A DNA stretch of 64,000 bases from the human T2T-CHM13v2.0 reference genome, Homo sapiens (GCF_009914755.1 NC_060940.1), one strand, 5' to 3'. Positions 24,559-44,238 are shown, counted from the stretch's first letter. Translations and numbers: made by a program. Notes: generated by a model not told the origin, from the sequence alone.

Positions 24559-24925
24559 TGTATTAGTCCATTCTCACGCTGCTATAAAGAAATACCCAAG
24601 ATTGGGTAATTTATAAAGGAAAGAGGTTTAATTGACTCACAGTTCCGCATGGCTGGGGAGGCCTCAGGAAACTAATAATCATGGTGGAAGAGAAAGCAAA
24701 CATATCCTTCTTCACAGGGCAGTAGAAGAGAAAGAACGAGCAAGAACAGGGAAAACTGCCTTAATTAACCATCAGGTCTCTCGAGAATTCACTCACTATC
24801 ACGAGAACAGCATAGGGAAAACCACCTCCATGATCCAATCACTTCCCACTAGGTCTCTCCCTCAACACCTGGGGATTACAATTCAAGATGAGATTTGGGT
24901 GGGGACACAAAGCCTAACCATATCA
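24559..24925 (-). mobile_element. MaLR solo LTR (THE1-like) within L2
   Basis: TG...CA termini with perfect 5-bp TSD GACTT. Confidence 0.92.
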
Positions 24926-25230
24926 GACTTCTTACCTTCTCAGAAGACTTTCCTGACACCTACAGGTTGAACTGATGCCTCTTCTCTTGGCTTTTGTGAA
25001 GGCAGCATATTACTTTACACATCCTCTGTAAATAGCACACACTGTATTACAACGGCTGACTTTCTTATCTGGGTCACTTCATTCTTTTGAGGGCAGAAAC
25101 CATGACCTGTTCATCTTTGAATTTATAGTATCTACCACAGTGTCTGACACATACAGATGTTTGCTGAATCTTTGTGGAATAAAACAATTGATCTATAAAA
25201 TAAGTGATTGGATTCAGTAATACAAAATTG

Positions 25231-25930
<700 letters not shown>

Positions 25931-25944
25931 ACACACACAAACAA

Positions 25945-26400
25945 ACAAAGGAATTAAAATGGCACACTGGAAAATAACATGAAAGAAAGCTATTAGAAAG
26001 GAACAGACTAACAAAAAAGACATGAAGGATATAAAAAACAAATAGCAAAATGTCAGGTGTAAATCCAACCACATCAATAATTACATAAATGCAAATGGAT
26101 TAAATACTCCAATCAACAGGCAAAGATCGTCAGACTGGATTAAAAAAAAAAAAACACCAGGATCCAACTATGTATTGTCTATAAGAGACACACTTCAGAT
26201 TCAAAGACACAAATAGGTTGAAAAGAAAAGGATGGAAAAATGTATAGCCTGCAAGCATAAGAGAGCAGGAGTGGCTATATTAATATCAGACAGAAGAAAA
26301 TTTAAGACAAAAAATGTTACTAGAGACAAAGAGGGACATTTTATAGTGATAAAAACAACAATACAACAATTATATATGTGTCCAATAACAAGAGTAGAAG
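25945..26400 (+). mobile_element. L1 ORF2 endonuclease-domain relic
   Basis: Translation RAGVAILISD...TKNVTRDKEGHFIVIK resembles L1 ORF2p KAGVAILVSDK...RDKEGHYIMVK; frameshifted. Confidence 0.88.
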
Positions 26401-27645
26401 GGAATTGTAGAATGAATTATAGAACCTTTACAGTGTGAATATTGTAACTTACAGTGTGTAAATTACAGTGTGTTTTCAGAACCATACCTTGGAACCTCTC
26501 CAGATTCTTTACCTTGTGGCCTCCTGTCCACTCCATTCTAAGGTGTTATCATACTGAAGTGCACCATAGTGGTGGTCTTGATGGGGAAAAGAAATCACAG
26601 TAGCACTAACAGGAAACATCCTGAGGGAAGAGGCACTGTCATTTTTAGGTGTAGGGAAGATGTTTAAGAGCCCGTTTTAAACATCTGAGCTTCTGGTCTT
26701 TGGAATTTTGTCAGCCCAGAGACAGTTTCTTTTCTTCTCAATTCTCTTTTCCTTTAATTGGTCTTCTTCTTGCCATACCTCATTCCTTAGTCATCCTGGT
26801 CTTGATCTCAGAAATCTCACATTCTCATTGATTTAGCATGGTTTTCTACTCTAGTGCCAGTTCTACTGTTGGATGGAAAGAACCATCTTCTGATGTGACA
26901 GGAAGCCTTAATTATTAATTTAAAATTCCCCTACCCTTCTCCAACTTCTATGGAAGTTAACTCAGGAATTATTGGAGTAGGTTGAAGATTCTCTGAGTGG
27001 GAGGATGGGTGAGATTCAAATTAGAGAAGTACTATGAGGACTAAATGACCCTACCTAAGAAAGACAGTTTCCAAACTAAAGTTATGGGAGTTGGGTACGT
27101 AGGTAGGGACTCGGGAACCATCTTGGCTAGAGAAGGGTCAGAGGAAAAATACAGAGGAAATTCATGGGAGAGAGTATCAGGGTGGATATATACGGAACAG
27201 ATGCATACTTCAAGGGGACATTTAGACATTTTGCTCTGGGATGAGCAAAATCACCCTCTTTTTCATCTCCCAACAAACCATTTAATAAAAAGTAAGACAT
27301 TACTCATTATCGGAGCAGGATCTGTTGATTTCGTTTTTTAATTTTTTTAATTCATTTGTGTTTGATGTGATGATGTGCCAAGACCAGCCTGAAGGTGGCC
27401 AAGGGCAAAAGCAGAGGTTGTTATTTGCAGGCTACGTTGACACTAGGTAGTGAACTTCACAGCTCAACACATCCACACATATTGGCTGAACGTTAATTAG
27501 TTCTGCCTAGTTACAGGGTTTCCAAAATGGATGAGACATTCTGCCTCCCCTCAAGGAATTTGTGGGCTGGTAAAGGAGACAGACACAGTAACAGATCATT
27601 ATGTAATATGCTAAGTGCTTTATCAGAGGAAAAAAGCTGGGTGCA

Positions 27646-28102
<457 letters not shown>

Positions 28103-28410
28103 TCACATAAGTACAAAGCAGTGTGGTGCTTCCTGGGACCAAAAAGCAATTCGTTATCAATAAAACATACTTTGCGTTGGTTCCCATCTTACCGAACCTT
28201 CTTTCCTTTCTTCTTTCTTCCCTGCTTCCTTCTCACACGCCCTCCACTCACCTCTCAGAACTCATTCTATGTGATCTCTACCCAAAGCACAGTGCTAAGA
28301 GCCCGGAATAAAACGGGCAAAACCAACCTAGCCATTGTCCTCATAGAATTAATCATACAAATAAAAATATAATTTTAACCTGTGGCAAGTGCTCAGACAG
28401 AAAAAATCCA

Positions 28411-29280
<870 letters not shown>

Positions 29281-29874
29281 AGTCCAAGATCCCATGAGCT
29301 CACATGACTAGGGGACCTGAGTTAACCTGGGCTGCAGTGGGAGAAGGTGATTGGAGAAAGCCTGACATCTGCAGAACAGGGAGCTGCACCTGGGAGAGGA
29401 GGCCGGAGAGGGGAGTGACCTGGAGAAGGGAACAGCCTGAATGCGAACAGAAATTGGCCCCAACAGAGCGTTCAAGAGTCTGAGAGAAGGCTCCTGGGGC
29501 TTGAGCACAGACATTTAGTTTACTGGGATATGGAGAGAGGAGAAGCAATTGGAAAATGAGTAAATATATCATGCTTTTAAGGAGGCATGCTGTACAAGTA
29601 AATGTCAGGTACAGTGACTCAGGTTATTGATTTGAAAGATTAGTCAGTGGAGACATGTGCTGGACTTACTCAGTCCCTCTGTTGTCAAGGAAGTCCAACG
29701 CCACCAGCACTAGATCCTTCAACAATGCAGAGTCCTCCCGCAAATGAATCTGACTTTGCCTGTAAACCGCGGAGAGTTTCAAAAACTGGAAAGCATTACA
29801 GGTGGCCAGTTTGTTTCCATTTATATAAAGTGCAGCAAAAATGATCTGTCAGAGAGAGAACATTGGGATAAATT

Positions 29875-30192
29875 TCTTTTTTTTTTTTTTCTTCTGGAGA
29901 CAAGGTCTTGCTGTTGCCCAGGCAGGAGTGCAGTGGTGCGACCATGGCTCCCTGCAGCTTTGAACTCTTCATCTTAAGGGATCCTCTCACCTCAGCCTCC
30001 TGAGTAGCTGGGGCCACAGGTGTGCACTAGTATGTCTGGCCAATTAAATCAATTAAATATATATATATTTTGTAGAGGCGGGGATCTCACTATGTTACTC
30101 AGGTTGGTCTTGAACTCTTGGTCCCAGGCAATCCTCCTGCTTTGGCCTCCCAAAGCCCTGGGATTGCAGGCATAAGCTACATCACCTGGCCT
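29875..30192 (-). mobile_element. AluJ
   Basis: Alu reverse complement. Confidence 0.88.
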
Positions 30193-30704
30193 GAAATACG
30201 CTTGAAGGCATCCTTTGAACCACTGTTATCACAGAAGTGTGGTCAGGTTCAGTGTGGAGAGTGAATGAGAAGCTGGGCAGGAGCCTGTGCGAGTTGGGCT
30301 TTGTGGAGACACACAGAAAGATGCCCCCCACTTTAACCACCTTCCCTTGCCTCGTCGTTTGACTGCTGAGGTCTTACTCACACTCTGAGACTGTAGCTTT
30401 CACGTGGCCTCCTCTAATATATTTTCAGTGTAGCCTTAACAATGAATCGTAGTAACTTCTCACCTTACATGCTCCCCAAAAGATGTCACTTTGGGAGAAC
30501 ATATTCAAGGAACCCTCCCCAATCCTGACCCCCATCCCCACCCCAGCTCCTGCTGCTGTTGACACAACTGCCTTAGCTGTGAGGCTGTGCCATCCATTGG
30601 AACCTGGGACTTTCCAATGTTGGGATGCCTCAGCATCATCAAGCAAAATTGGGGTTCTTTTTGTGTATGCTTTAAAAAAAAAAAAAAAACTTGAAGCATA
30701 AAAC

Positions 30705-31781
30705 TATTACTGGAAAGTGGTCCTGATCCAGACTGCAAGAGAGGGCTCTCGGATCTTGTGCAAGAAGAAATTTGGGGCAACTCCATAGAGTAAAGTGAAA
30801 GTAGTTTATTAGAGAAGTAAAGAATCAAGGCCGCGCACAGTGGCTCATGCCTGTAATCTCAGCAGTTTGGGAGGCCGAGGCGGGCAGATCACCTGAGGTC
30901 AGGAGTTCGAGACCAGCCTGGCCAACATGGCAAAACCCCATCTCTACTAAAAATACAAAAATTAGCCAGGTGTGGTGGTGGGCGACTGTAATCTCAGCTA
31001 CTCAGGAGACTGAGGCAGGAGAATCACCTGAACCTAGGAGGCTGAGGTTGCAGTGAGCTGAGATTGGTCCACTGCACTTCAGTCTGGGCGACAGAGTGAG
31101 ACTTCATCTTAAAAAAAAAAAAAAAAAAAAGGATTCCAAAGAATGTCAGGTATGGTGGCTCATACCTCCCAGCACTTTGGGAGGCCAAGGCGGGAGGATT
31201 GGTTGAGGCCAGGAGTTCAAGACTACACTGGCCAACATAGAGAGACCCTGTCTCTAATTTTTTAAAAAAGAAGAAACTAAAAGAATGGCTTCTCTGTAGG
31301 CAGAGCAGTCTTGAGTGCTGCTGGTTGACAATTCTTGTGGTTATGTCTTGATCGTATGGTAAACAAGAGGTGGATTATTCATGAGTTTTCCGGAAATGGC
31401 ACAGGGAATTCCTGAAACTGAGAATTCCTCTTCCTTTTAGACTATATTGGGTAACTTCCAGAAGTTGCCATGGCACTTGTAAACTGTCATAGTGCTGGTG
31501 GGAGTGTCTTTTAGCATGCTAATGCATCATAATTAGTGTATAATGAGCAGTGAGGATGACCAGTGGTCACTTCTGACACCATCTTGGATTGGGCAGGTTT
31601 TGGCCAGCTTCTTTATTGCACCCTGTTTTATCAGTGGGGTCTTTGTGACCTGTATCTTGTGACCTCCTGTCTCATCCTGGGACTAAGAATGCCTGACTTC
31701 CTGGGGTTGCAGCCAAGTAGGTCTCAGCCTTATTTTACCCTTATTCAAGATGGAGTCACTCTGGTTCAAATGCCTCTGACA
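30705..31781 (-). mobile_element. MER41-family ERV1 solo LTR interrupted by an Alu (30829-31130) and an Alu monomer (about 31145-31270)
   Basis: GGTCCTGATCCAGAC...TTCAAGATGGAGTCACTCTGGTTCAAATGCCTCTGACA; homologous to 54272-54924. Confidence 0.85.
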
Positions 31782-32072
31782 AAGCCAGCATAGATGAAGA
31801 CCTAACACCCTTGAGCAAATGAAAGATCTGTGTGATGGAACAGTTGCGTGTCTTGATTGGGGTGGTTGGTTACCTGAATCTGTACATGTGATAAAATTGC
31901 ACAGAACCACACACACACATACACACACACACCAATGAATTGGATGTAAAACTGGTGAAATCTGAATAAGGTCAGTTATGCAAAATGTCATCACTGGGGA
32001 ACATTGGGTGAAGGTTTTTTAGGACCTCTCTGACATACAAACGGATATAAATCAGCAATTCTCTCCAAATAA

Positions 32073-32450
<378 letters not shown>

Positions 32451-32499
32451 TAAGATCTTTGTATTAGTCCTTTTTAGAAAAATAAAACAAAACCTTAAA

Positions 32500-33310
32500 G
32501 ATTCAGCTGGAGACTCCTACTCAGTCCTTTTTCTTTCCAGAAATGACCCTTGTCATGGAATTAATATGTATTTATCTTTTCCACATTTGCTTTTACTGTA
32601 TTATGTGCATAGTCATAAACAGTCTGTGATATCCTGTTATACATTTCCTTTGGTAGCTTATTTTGCCACTAAACATGTTTTCAGGATTTATGCATGTTGA
32701 AACATGTAGATCAATTCTTTTAATTTTTTAACTGCTCAAAGTATTTCTAATAGGTGAATATACCACAAATTCTTCAACCAATCTTCCACTGATAATAGGT
32801 TGTTTTCCATTTTTCAGTATTACCAGACATTGCTATCATGGCCATCCAGGTATAAATGCCTTTTTGGGTCAAGAGTTTCTGCAGGGTTTTTATCTAGAAT
32901 TGAAAGTGCTAAGCAGACAGTATGCACATACTAAACTTCAGTAAACATTGAGAAATTGCTATCCAACTGTGACTCTATAAATTTATGGCTGTCCCAGCAG
33001 GTGGTAATAATCACCATTTCCTTATATTTTCACCAGCCAACCTGATCTTTCCAGACTGTTAAAAGTTTGCCAATCTGATGGATGTAAAGTAGTATTTCAT
33101 TGTTATTTTATTATTGTGTTTTCCTGATTTCCAATGAGGTTAGACATCTCTTCATAGGTTTATTAGCTGGAATTTCCTCTTCTGTGAATCCTGAGGTCGT
33201 ACCCTTTTGCCCTTTTTTTTTCTATTGTGTTGTCATTGTCATAGGTATTTTTTGTATTTTGTTCCCGATTGTTTTGTATGTTTGTGTATTATAAATTTCA
33301 GCTTGTGGCC
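32500..33310 (-). mobile_element. Old L1 3' fragment
   Basis: TTTGCCAATCTGATGGATGTAAAGTAGTATTTCATTGTT...TGAGGTTAGACATCTCTTCATA. Confidence 0.72.
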
Positions 33311-34457
33311 TGTCTTTTAAAAAAAGACTTTTTATTTTGAGATTATTGTAGTTTGCGTGCAGTTCTAAGAAATAATACAGAGATCTATGTATGCCTTTCA
33401 CCCATTTTACCCCAATGGTGACATTTTGGACAGCTAAATACAGTATCAAAGACAGGAAATTGACATTGATACAATCCATTCATCCTATTCAGATTTCACC
33501 AGATTTATGTGTGTGTCTGTGTGTGTGTGTGTGTATTTAGTTCTATACAATTTTATCATATATTTAGATTTGTGTGACTATCAACAAAGTCAAGATACAG
33601 AACAGTTCCATCACAAAGGTTCCTCCTGCTACTTTTGTATAGTTACAGTTACCTTGCCCCATTCAACCCCTAGCAACAACAATTAGTTTTCTATTTCCAT
33701 AATTTTGTCATTTCAAGAATATTAAAGAAATGGAATCATGCAGTATATAACCTTTTTGAGATTGGCTTTTTCACTCACCGTAATTCTCTCAAGATCCATC
33801 CAAGTTGCTGTGTGTATCAGCCATTCATTCCTTTTCATTGCCAAGTAATATTCCATTGTATGGATGTACCATGGTTTGTTTTACCCATTGAAGGACATCT
33901 GGATTATTTCCAGTTACAGGCTATTATGCTTAATGCTGCTATGAATACTCTTATGCAAATTTTTGTGTGAACATAAGTTTTCATTTCTCTGAGATAAACG
34001 CTCAGGAGTGCAGTTACTGAGTTGCTTCAAATGCATATTTAGCCTTATAAGAAATTGCCAAACTATTTTCTAGAGTGGTTGTACCATGTTACATTCCCAT
34101 TGGCAGTGCACAAGGGATTCAGTTTCTTCCCATCCTCACCTGCATTTGGTGTTATCATTATTTTTTATTTTAGCTAGTCTGATAGGTGTGCAGTGACATC
34201 TTGTGGTTTTAATTTGCATTTTCTTTATATCTAATGCTGTTGCACATCTTTTTATGGGCTTATTTGTATGTCCATCTGTATAATCTCTTCAGTGAAATGC
34301 CTGTTCATGTCCTTTGTCCACTTACTAATTGGTTTATTTGGGGTTTTTCTGCTGTTGACTTTTAAGAGTTCTTTATGTATTCTAAATACAGGTCCTTGTT
34401 GGGTATGTGGTTTGCAAATATTTCCTCCTAGTCTGTAGCTTGTTTTTTCACTTTCTT

Positions 34458-35445
34458 GTCAATGAAGAGTCAAACTCTGTAAAATATTTGAAGATACTTA
34501 TTCTGAGCCAAATGGAAGTGAATAATGACCTGTGACACAGCCCTCAGGAGATCCTGAGAACATATGCTCAAGGTGGTTGGGCCACAGCTTGGTTTTAAAC
34601 ATTTTAGGGAGATACAAGGCATCAACCAATATATGTAAGATGTACATTGATTTGGTCCAGAAAGGCAGGACAACTGGAAGCAGGAACTTTCAAGTCATAG
34701 GTGGATTCAAAGATTTTCTGACTGGCAATTGATTGAAGGAGTTAAGTTATTGTCTACAGACTGAGAATCAATAGAAAGGAATGTCTGGGTTAAGATAAGG
34801 GGTTGTGGAGACCAAGGTTTCATTCTGCAGTCAAAGCCTCTGTGTAGCAGGATTCAGAGAGAACAGATTGTAAATATTTCTTTTCTTTTTTTTTACTTTT
34901 TCTTTTCTTTTCTTTCTTTCTTTCTTCTTCTTCTTTTTTTTTTTTTTTTTTTTTTTTTTCTGAGGCAGGGTCTCAGTCTGTCACCAAGTCTGGAGTGCAG
35001 TGGCACGATCACAGCTCACTACAAACTTTGTCTCCAGGGCTCAAGTGATCCTCCCACCTCAACCTTCCAAGTAACTGGGACTATAGGTGTGCACCTCCCC
35101 ACCTGGCTAATTTTTGTATTTTTTGTAGAGATGGGGTTTGGCTATGTTGGACAGACTGGTCTCAAACTCCTGGCCTCAAGTGATCCACCCACTTGTCTTC
35201 CCAAAGTGCTGGGATTACAGGCATGAGCCACCACACCTGACCTGATTGTAAATGTTTCAATCAGACTTAAAGAGTCTGTTCTATTAATAATTCCAAAAGG
35301 AAGGCAGGTATAATGAGGCATGTCTGGCTCTCCCTTCCAATCATGGTCTGAATGACTTTTTCAGGTTAACTTTGACATGCCCTTGGCTGAGAGGAGGGCT
35401 CCATTCAGATGGTTGGGGGGCCTTAGAATTTTGTTTTTGGTTTAT
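34458..35445 (-). mobile_element. MER4-family ERV1 solo LTR interrupted by an AluJ (about 34880-35243)
   Basis: GAGTCAAACTCTGTAAAATATTTGAAGA...CAGCCCTCAGGAGATCCTGAGAACAT...GGGGGCCTTAGAATTTTGTTTTTGGTTTA. Confidence 0.82.
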
Positions 35446-37344
35446 ACTCTTCACAGACTCTTTTGCAGAGCAAAGGTTTTTAATTTTGATGAGGTCTAAT
35501 TTATCAATTTTCCCTTTTATAGATTATGCTTTGGTGTCAAATCTGGGAACTCTTTGCCCCCCTTTAGGTTCTTAAGATTTTCCCTTGTTTTGTTCTGAAA
35601 GTATTATAGTTTTACATTTTACACTAAGTCTGTGAATCATTTTATTTTTTGTGTAAAGCATGATAATTAGGTAGAGATTTATTTTTTTGGCCTGTGGATA
35701 TCCAATTTGTCCAGTATTGTTTGTTGAAAAGGCTTGACTTCCTCCAATAAATCATCTTCACACTTTTTTTTTTTTTTTTTTTTGAGACAGATCCTTGCTG
35801 TGTTGCCCAGGCTGGAGTCCGGTGGTGCAGTCACAGCTCACTGCAACCTCCACCTCCTGGGTTCAAGTGATTCTTGTGTCTCAGCTAAGTAGCTGGGACT
35901 ACAAGTGCGTGCCACCACACCTGGCTAACTTTTGTATTTTTTTAGTAGAGACAGGGTTTCACCATGCTGGCCGGGCTGGTCTTGAACTCCTGGACTCAAG
36001 CAGTCCTCCCACCTCAGCATCCCAAAGTGCTGGGATTACAGGCATGAGCCACTGCACCCACCCTTCGCACCTTTGTGAAAAATAATGTGGGCACATTTGT
36101 TTGGGGCTATTTCTGGATTCTCTGTTCTGTTCCCTCAATCTATATGTGTATTCTTCCACCAGTAACACAGTAACACAGTCTTGTTAAAGTAAGCTGTAGG
36201 TATATGTAATCATTTGTGATTCCTTCCAGCTTATTCATATTTCTCAAATTATTTTAGCTCTTACAGGTCCTATGCCTTTATATATAAAATTTAGAGTAAT
36301 ATCGTTTATGTCTTCAAAAATTACCTTGCAGGGGTATTGATAGGAATAGCATTAAACCTACAGGTCATTTTGAGTGTAACTGATATCTTTACTATGTGGA
36401 GTTTGCCAATCCATGAACACAATATGTCTCCCGATTTATTGAGATATTCTTAATTCTTTCTTCAGAATTCTGTAAATTTCAGCATACATATCCTCTACAT
36501 ATTTTGATAAATTTATATTTAGGTATTTCATTTTCTTTGGAGTAATTATAAATGGTAATGTGTCTTTAATTTTGGTTTCCACATGTTAATTATTAGTATA
36601 TATAGATGCAGTTCATATTTGTCTCTTGACATTGGATCTTGCAAACTTTCTAAACTCTTGTATTAGCTCTAATAGTTTTTTGGTAAGTTATTGGAGATCT
36701 ACGTAGACACTTATGTCATCTGCAAATAGGGACAGTTTTATTTCTTCCTTCCTAATTTGTATGCCTTTTATTTCTTTTTCTTGTTTTATTGCACTGGCTA
36801 GAACTTCAGTACTATATTGAATGACAGTAGTGAGAGCAGACATTCTTGGCTTTTTCCCAATTTTAGGGAGAAAAAAATCAGGTTCTCACCATTAGGATGT
36901 TAGCTGTAGTTTTGTGTAGATACACTTTATTAAGTTGAGAATGTTCTCCCTTATTCCTACTTTCTGAGACTTTTTGTACTACATGAGTGTTGGATTTTGT
37001 CAAATGCTTTTTCTGCATCAATTGATACAATTGTATGATTTTTTATTTTTACCTTGTTAATATAGTGGATCACACATTGATTGATTTTCAAACTAGCTTT
37101 GCATACCTGGATTGTCCCACTTAGTTGTGGTGTATAATTCTTTTCATCCATCATTGGGTTTGATTTGCTAGTATTTTTAGTATTTTGTTGAAAATTTTTG
37201 CTCTAAGTTCATGAGGAATATATTGGTCTGTAGTTTTCCTTTGTTGTACTGTCTCTCTCTGGTTGTGGTATGACGGTAATACAAGATTCATAAAATGAGT
37301 GATGGAGTGTTCCTTTTTCTTTCTTTCTTTCTTTTTTTTTTTAG

Positions 37345-37557
<213 letters not shown>

Positions 37558-37604
37558 TGATCTGCCCACTTTGGCCTCCCAAAGTGCTGGGATTATAGGC
37601 ATGA

Positions 37605-37997
<393 letters not shown>

Positions 37998-40636
37998 TGA
38001 TAGAATTCTTCAATGAAGAATTGATAGAGATTCATTTTTTTTGGCCTATGGATGTCCAATTTGTCCAGCGTTGTTTGTTAAAAAGGAATAATTTGAAAGC
38101 TCACAAAGAGAAATATCCAGGCAATTTCTGGAGATTTCTCCTGGAGATTTCTCTTTTGGGAGTTTTTAAATTATGCACTCATTTTCCTTAATGGTTTTAG
38201 AACTATGCAGATTTTCTAATTCGTCTTGGATGAGTTTGGTAGAGTGTTGTTTTTGAGGAATTGGTCCATTTCATTAAGTTGTCAAGTTTCTGCGTAAAAA
38301 GTTGTTTGCAGTATTCCCTTGTTATCTACTCAGTGGCTATAGAATCTGTAGAGATTATCACCTGTTTCATTTCTGATATTAGTGCTTTGTGTCCTCTCTC
38401 TCACTCTCTCTCTCTGTCTGTCTCTTTTTAGAGATAGGGGTCTTGCTGCATTACCTAGGTGAGACTTGACCTCCTGGGCTCAAGAGATCCTCCTGTCTCA
38501 GCCTCCAAAGTAGCTGGAACTACAAGCATGCACCACCACGCCTGGCTAATTTTTTGTAGAGATGGGGTCTTGCTATGTTCCCCTGGCTGGTCTCGAACTT
38601 CTGGACTCAAGCAATTCTCCCACCTCAGCCTCCCAAAGTGCTAGGATTAAAGGCATGAGCCACTGCACCCAGCCCTCTTTCTTCATATAAGCATTTAGTG
38701 CTATTAATTTTACACTGAGTACAGTCTCTGTATCACATATGTTTTGATATGTTGTATTTTCATTTTCATTTGGTTCTATTCTTTAAGTTTTGTTTTAGAA
38801 TTCTTCTTTGACCTAGAGATTATTTAGAAGTATGTTGTTTAATTTCCAAGTGTCAGGAGATTTTCTGTTATATTTCTGTTATTGATTTCTGGTTTTGTTC
38901 CATTATGGTCAGGGAATATAACACATAATTTTAATTCTTTTGAATTTGTTGGGGATTGTTTTTTGGCCGGGGTATGGTCTATCTTGGTAAATGCTCTGTG
39001 AACACTTGGAAAAAAATATGTATTCCACTGTTGTTGGGTGAAGTGTTCCCAACTTAAATATCAATTAAGTTGAATGTTATGCAGTTATTCTATATCCTTG
39101 CTGATTTTCTGTCTAGTAAGTCTACCAGTTGCTCACAGTGGGATGTTGAAGTGATCAATTGTAACTGTAGATTTGTGTACTTCTCCTTTCGGCTTTATGA
39201 ATCTTTGTTTCATGCATCTTCAGACTCTCTGTTGTTTGGTGCATACACAGGATTGCTATGTCTTCTTGATAGGTTGACCCTTTTATCATGATGTAATGTC
39301 TCTCTGGTAATTTTCTTTGCTTTAAAGTCTACTTTATCTGGTATTAGTAGAGCCATCCTGGCTTTTCTTTTGATTAACATTTGTGTATCTTTTTCTATCA
39401 TTTTACTTTGAATCTGCCTATATCATTATATTTGAAGTGAGTTTCTTCTAGATAACATATTGCTGGATAATGTTTTCATGTTCATTTTGCCAATCTGTCT
39501 TTAAACTGATATATTTAGACCATTTACATTTAAGGCAATTATTAATGTGTTAGGATTTAAGTCTGCCATTTTATTGTTTGTTTCTCCTGTTTTTCCTTCT
39601 CTGCTTCTCTTTTCCTACTTTCCTACAGGTTACTTGACATATTTTAAGGATTCCATCTTTTTTTTTTTTTTTTTTGACATGGTCTCGCTCTGTTGCCCAG
39701 GCTGGAGTGCAGTGGCATGATGACTTGGCTCACTGCAACCTTTACTTTCCAGGTTCAAGCAGTTCTCATGCCTCAGCCTCCCAAGTAGCTGAGATCACAG
39801 GCATGCGTCACTATGCCTAGCTAATTTTTGTATTTTCAGTAGAGATGAGGTTTCGCCATGTTGGCCAGGCTGGTCTCAAACTCCTGACCTCAGGTCATCC
39901 ACCTGCCTCAGCCTCCCGAAGTGTTGGGATTACAGGCGTGAGCCACTGAGGCCAGCCAGATTCCATCTTTAAAAAAAATTATTATTGATTTTTGTGGGTA
40001 CATAAGTACCCAAATAAGATAAAACTAAAGTTCCAAGCCTTCTTCTGTTATCATTACCTTTCTGTTTGGAGAATTTCCTTTAGCCTTTTTTTTTTTTTTT
40101 GAGTTGTAGCTTTGCTCTTGTTGCCCAGGCTGGAGTGGAGTGCAGTGGTGCCACCTCAGCTCACTGCAACCTCGACCTCCCAGGTTCAAGTGCTTCTCAT
40201 GTCTCAGCCTCCTGAGTAGCTGGGATTATATAGGCTCCTGCCACCATGCCCAGCTAATTTTTGTATTTTTAGTAGCGATGGGGTTTCATTATGTTGGCCA
40301 GGCTGGTCTCGAATGCCCGACCTCAGGTGATCCACCCGCCTCAGCCTCCCAAAGTGCTGGGATTACAGGTGTGAGCCACCGTGCCTGGCCCCTTTAGCCA
40401 TTCTTTAAGGGCAGGTTTACTAACAACAAATTCTCTTAGTGTTTTCTCGCCTGAGAATGTCTTTGTTTCCTCTTCATTCCTGACATCTATTTTTGCCAGA
40501 TATAGAATTCACAATTCATAATTCTTTTCTTTTACTTCTTGAAAAATATTGAGTCACTTCCTTCTAGTTGCCATGGTTTCAAAGGAGAACTTGACTGTCA
40601 TTTAAATTGATGTTCCCTTTCAAATAATGTTTTATG

Positions 40637-40958
<322 letters not shown>

Positions 40959-41164
40959 TCAAGATTTTTCTTTTTTTTTTGTCAGAGTTTAAGGACATGT
41001 CTTGGTATGGATTTCTTTAGTTTTATCTTATTTGGGATTTTCTCAGCTTCTTGAATCCATAGGTTATCTTTCTTCAAATTTGGGAAGTTTTCAGCTATTG
41101 ATTCTTCAAATAATTTTTCAGTACCATATTCTTTCTTTTCTCCTTCTAGGAATACAAATTAATT

Positions 41165-41783
<619 letters not shown>

Positions 41784-42104
41784 CTTTCTCTTTTCTTTTT
41801 AAGCAGGTAGCCTTCCTGTTGAGCTATAGTATGAGGGGTGGTTGGGATGTATATTCACTTTCCCCCTTGGTGCTGGGGCCACTTTCCTAGAAAATATGAG
41901 GAACAAACCTGACAGTGCTGCATTGCTTCCTGGTAGGGGGTGTACGTTTAGTTCCTTACTGCGCTCTACTGCTGCTGGGGAGTGAGAAATGATGAGTTGA
42001 CTCGTACCACTTTGTTGATGCAGGGTGAGGGCAGAAACTTAGCTCCCCAATGGGTCCCACTGACACCAGCAGGTGGGGGAGTGAGGCAGGAGTACAGACT
42101 AGCC

Positions 42105-43262
<1,158 letters not shown>

Positions 43263-43874
43263 CATCTCATTCACTTTTATTGCTGCCAGGTGGGTGTGGA
43301 GGTTCAGCTTCACAGTGAGCTTTGTTGACACCAGTGTAGGTGGAAAATGCAGGCCTGGCTGGCCATGACTTGTGCCACTTGTCCAATCTTGGTGATGCTG
43401 ATTGGGATGGAGACTCCGGCTCTGCCGGGCTCTGCCAACACCAGGGTGAGAAGGAAAGAAGAGTCATGGTGAGTAGCCTCACCTTGCACCAGCTCATTAA
43501 GTCTGCTGAAGGGGAGGGGAGAGAGACGGGAGACCCATCACCAGACCCTGATGACATGGCTGTGGCAGGAAAATCAGGGTACCACCTTCTTCCACTGGGT
43601 GGGGGATACAGGATCAGCTTCCCACTCATTCCCATCTATGTACCCCAGCAGGGGAATCAGAGCATCACCACCTGCTTCTGCCATGTGGAAGCTACAAGAC
43701 CAGATCCCCAGTTGGCCCTGCTGAAATGACAGGGAAGGGGTTGCAGTTTTTCCATCAGTCTTTGGCTGGCAGGGCAGATATGGTTAAAAAAAATTTCTCT
43801 ATAATCTCAGCATTTTGAGAGTCCAACGTGGGAGGATTGCTTGAGGCTAGTAGTTCAAGACCAGCCTAGGCAAC

Positions 43875-44238
43875 TGTATTAGTCTGTTCTCATGCTGCTA
43901 TGAAGAAATACCTGAGACTGGGTAATTATAAAGAAAAGAGGTTCAGTTGACTCACCCTTCCACATGTCTGGGGAGGCCTCAGGAAACTTAGAATTGTGTG
44001 TGGAAGGCACCTCTTCATAGGGCGGCAGGAGAGAGAATGAGTGCAAGCAGGGGAAATGCCAGACACTTATAAAACCATCAGATCTCATGAGACTCACTCA
44101 TTATCACGAGAACAGCATGGGGGAAACCACCTCCATGATTCAGTTACCTCCACCTGGTCCCGCCCTTGACACGTGGGGATTATGGGAATTACAATTCAAG
44201 GTGAGATTTGGGTGGGGACACAGAGCCAAACCATATCA
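43875..44238 (-). mobile_element. THE1-family MaLR solo LTR inserted inside an AluJ (about 43798-44440)
   Basis: TG...CA termini, perfect TSD GCAAC taken from the Alu left arm. Confidence 0.92.

Noticed and set aside
24645-24665. PRDM9 hotspot motif in the THE1 LTR
   Set aside because: Minus strand reads CCTCCCCAGCCAT, which does not fit CCNCCNTNNCCNC.
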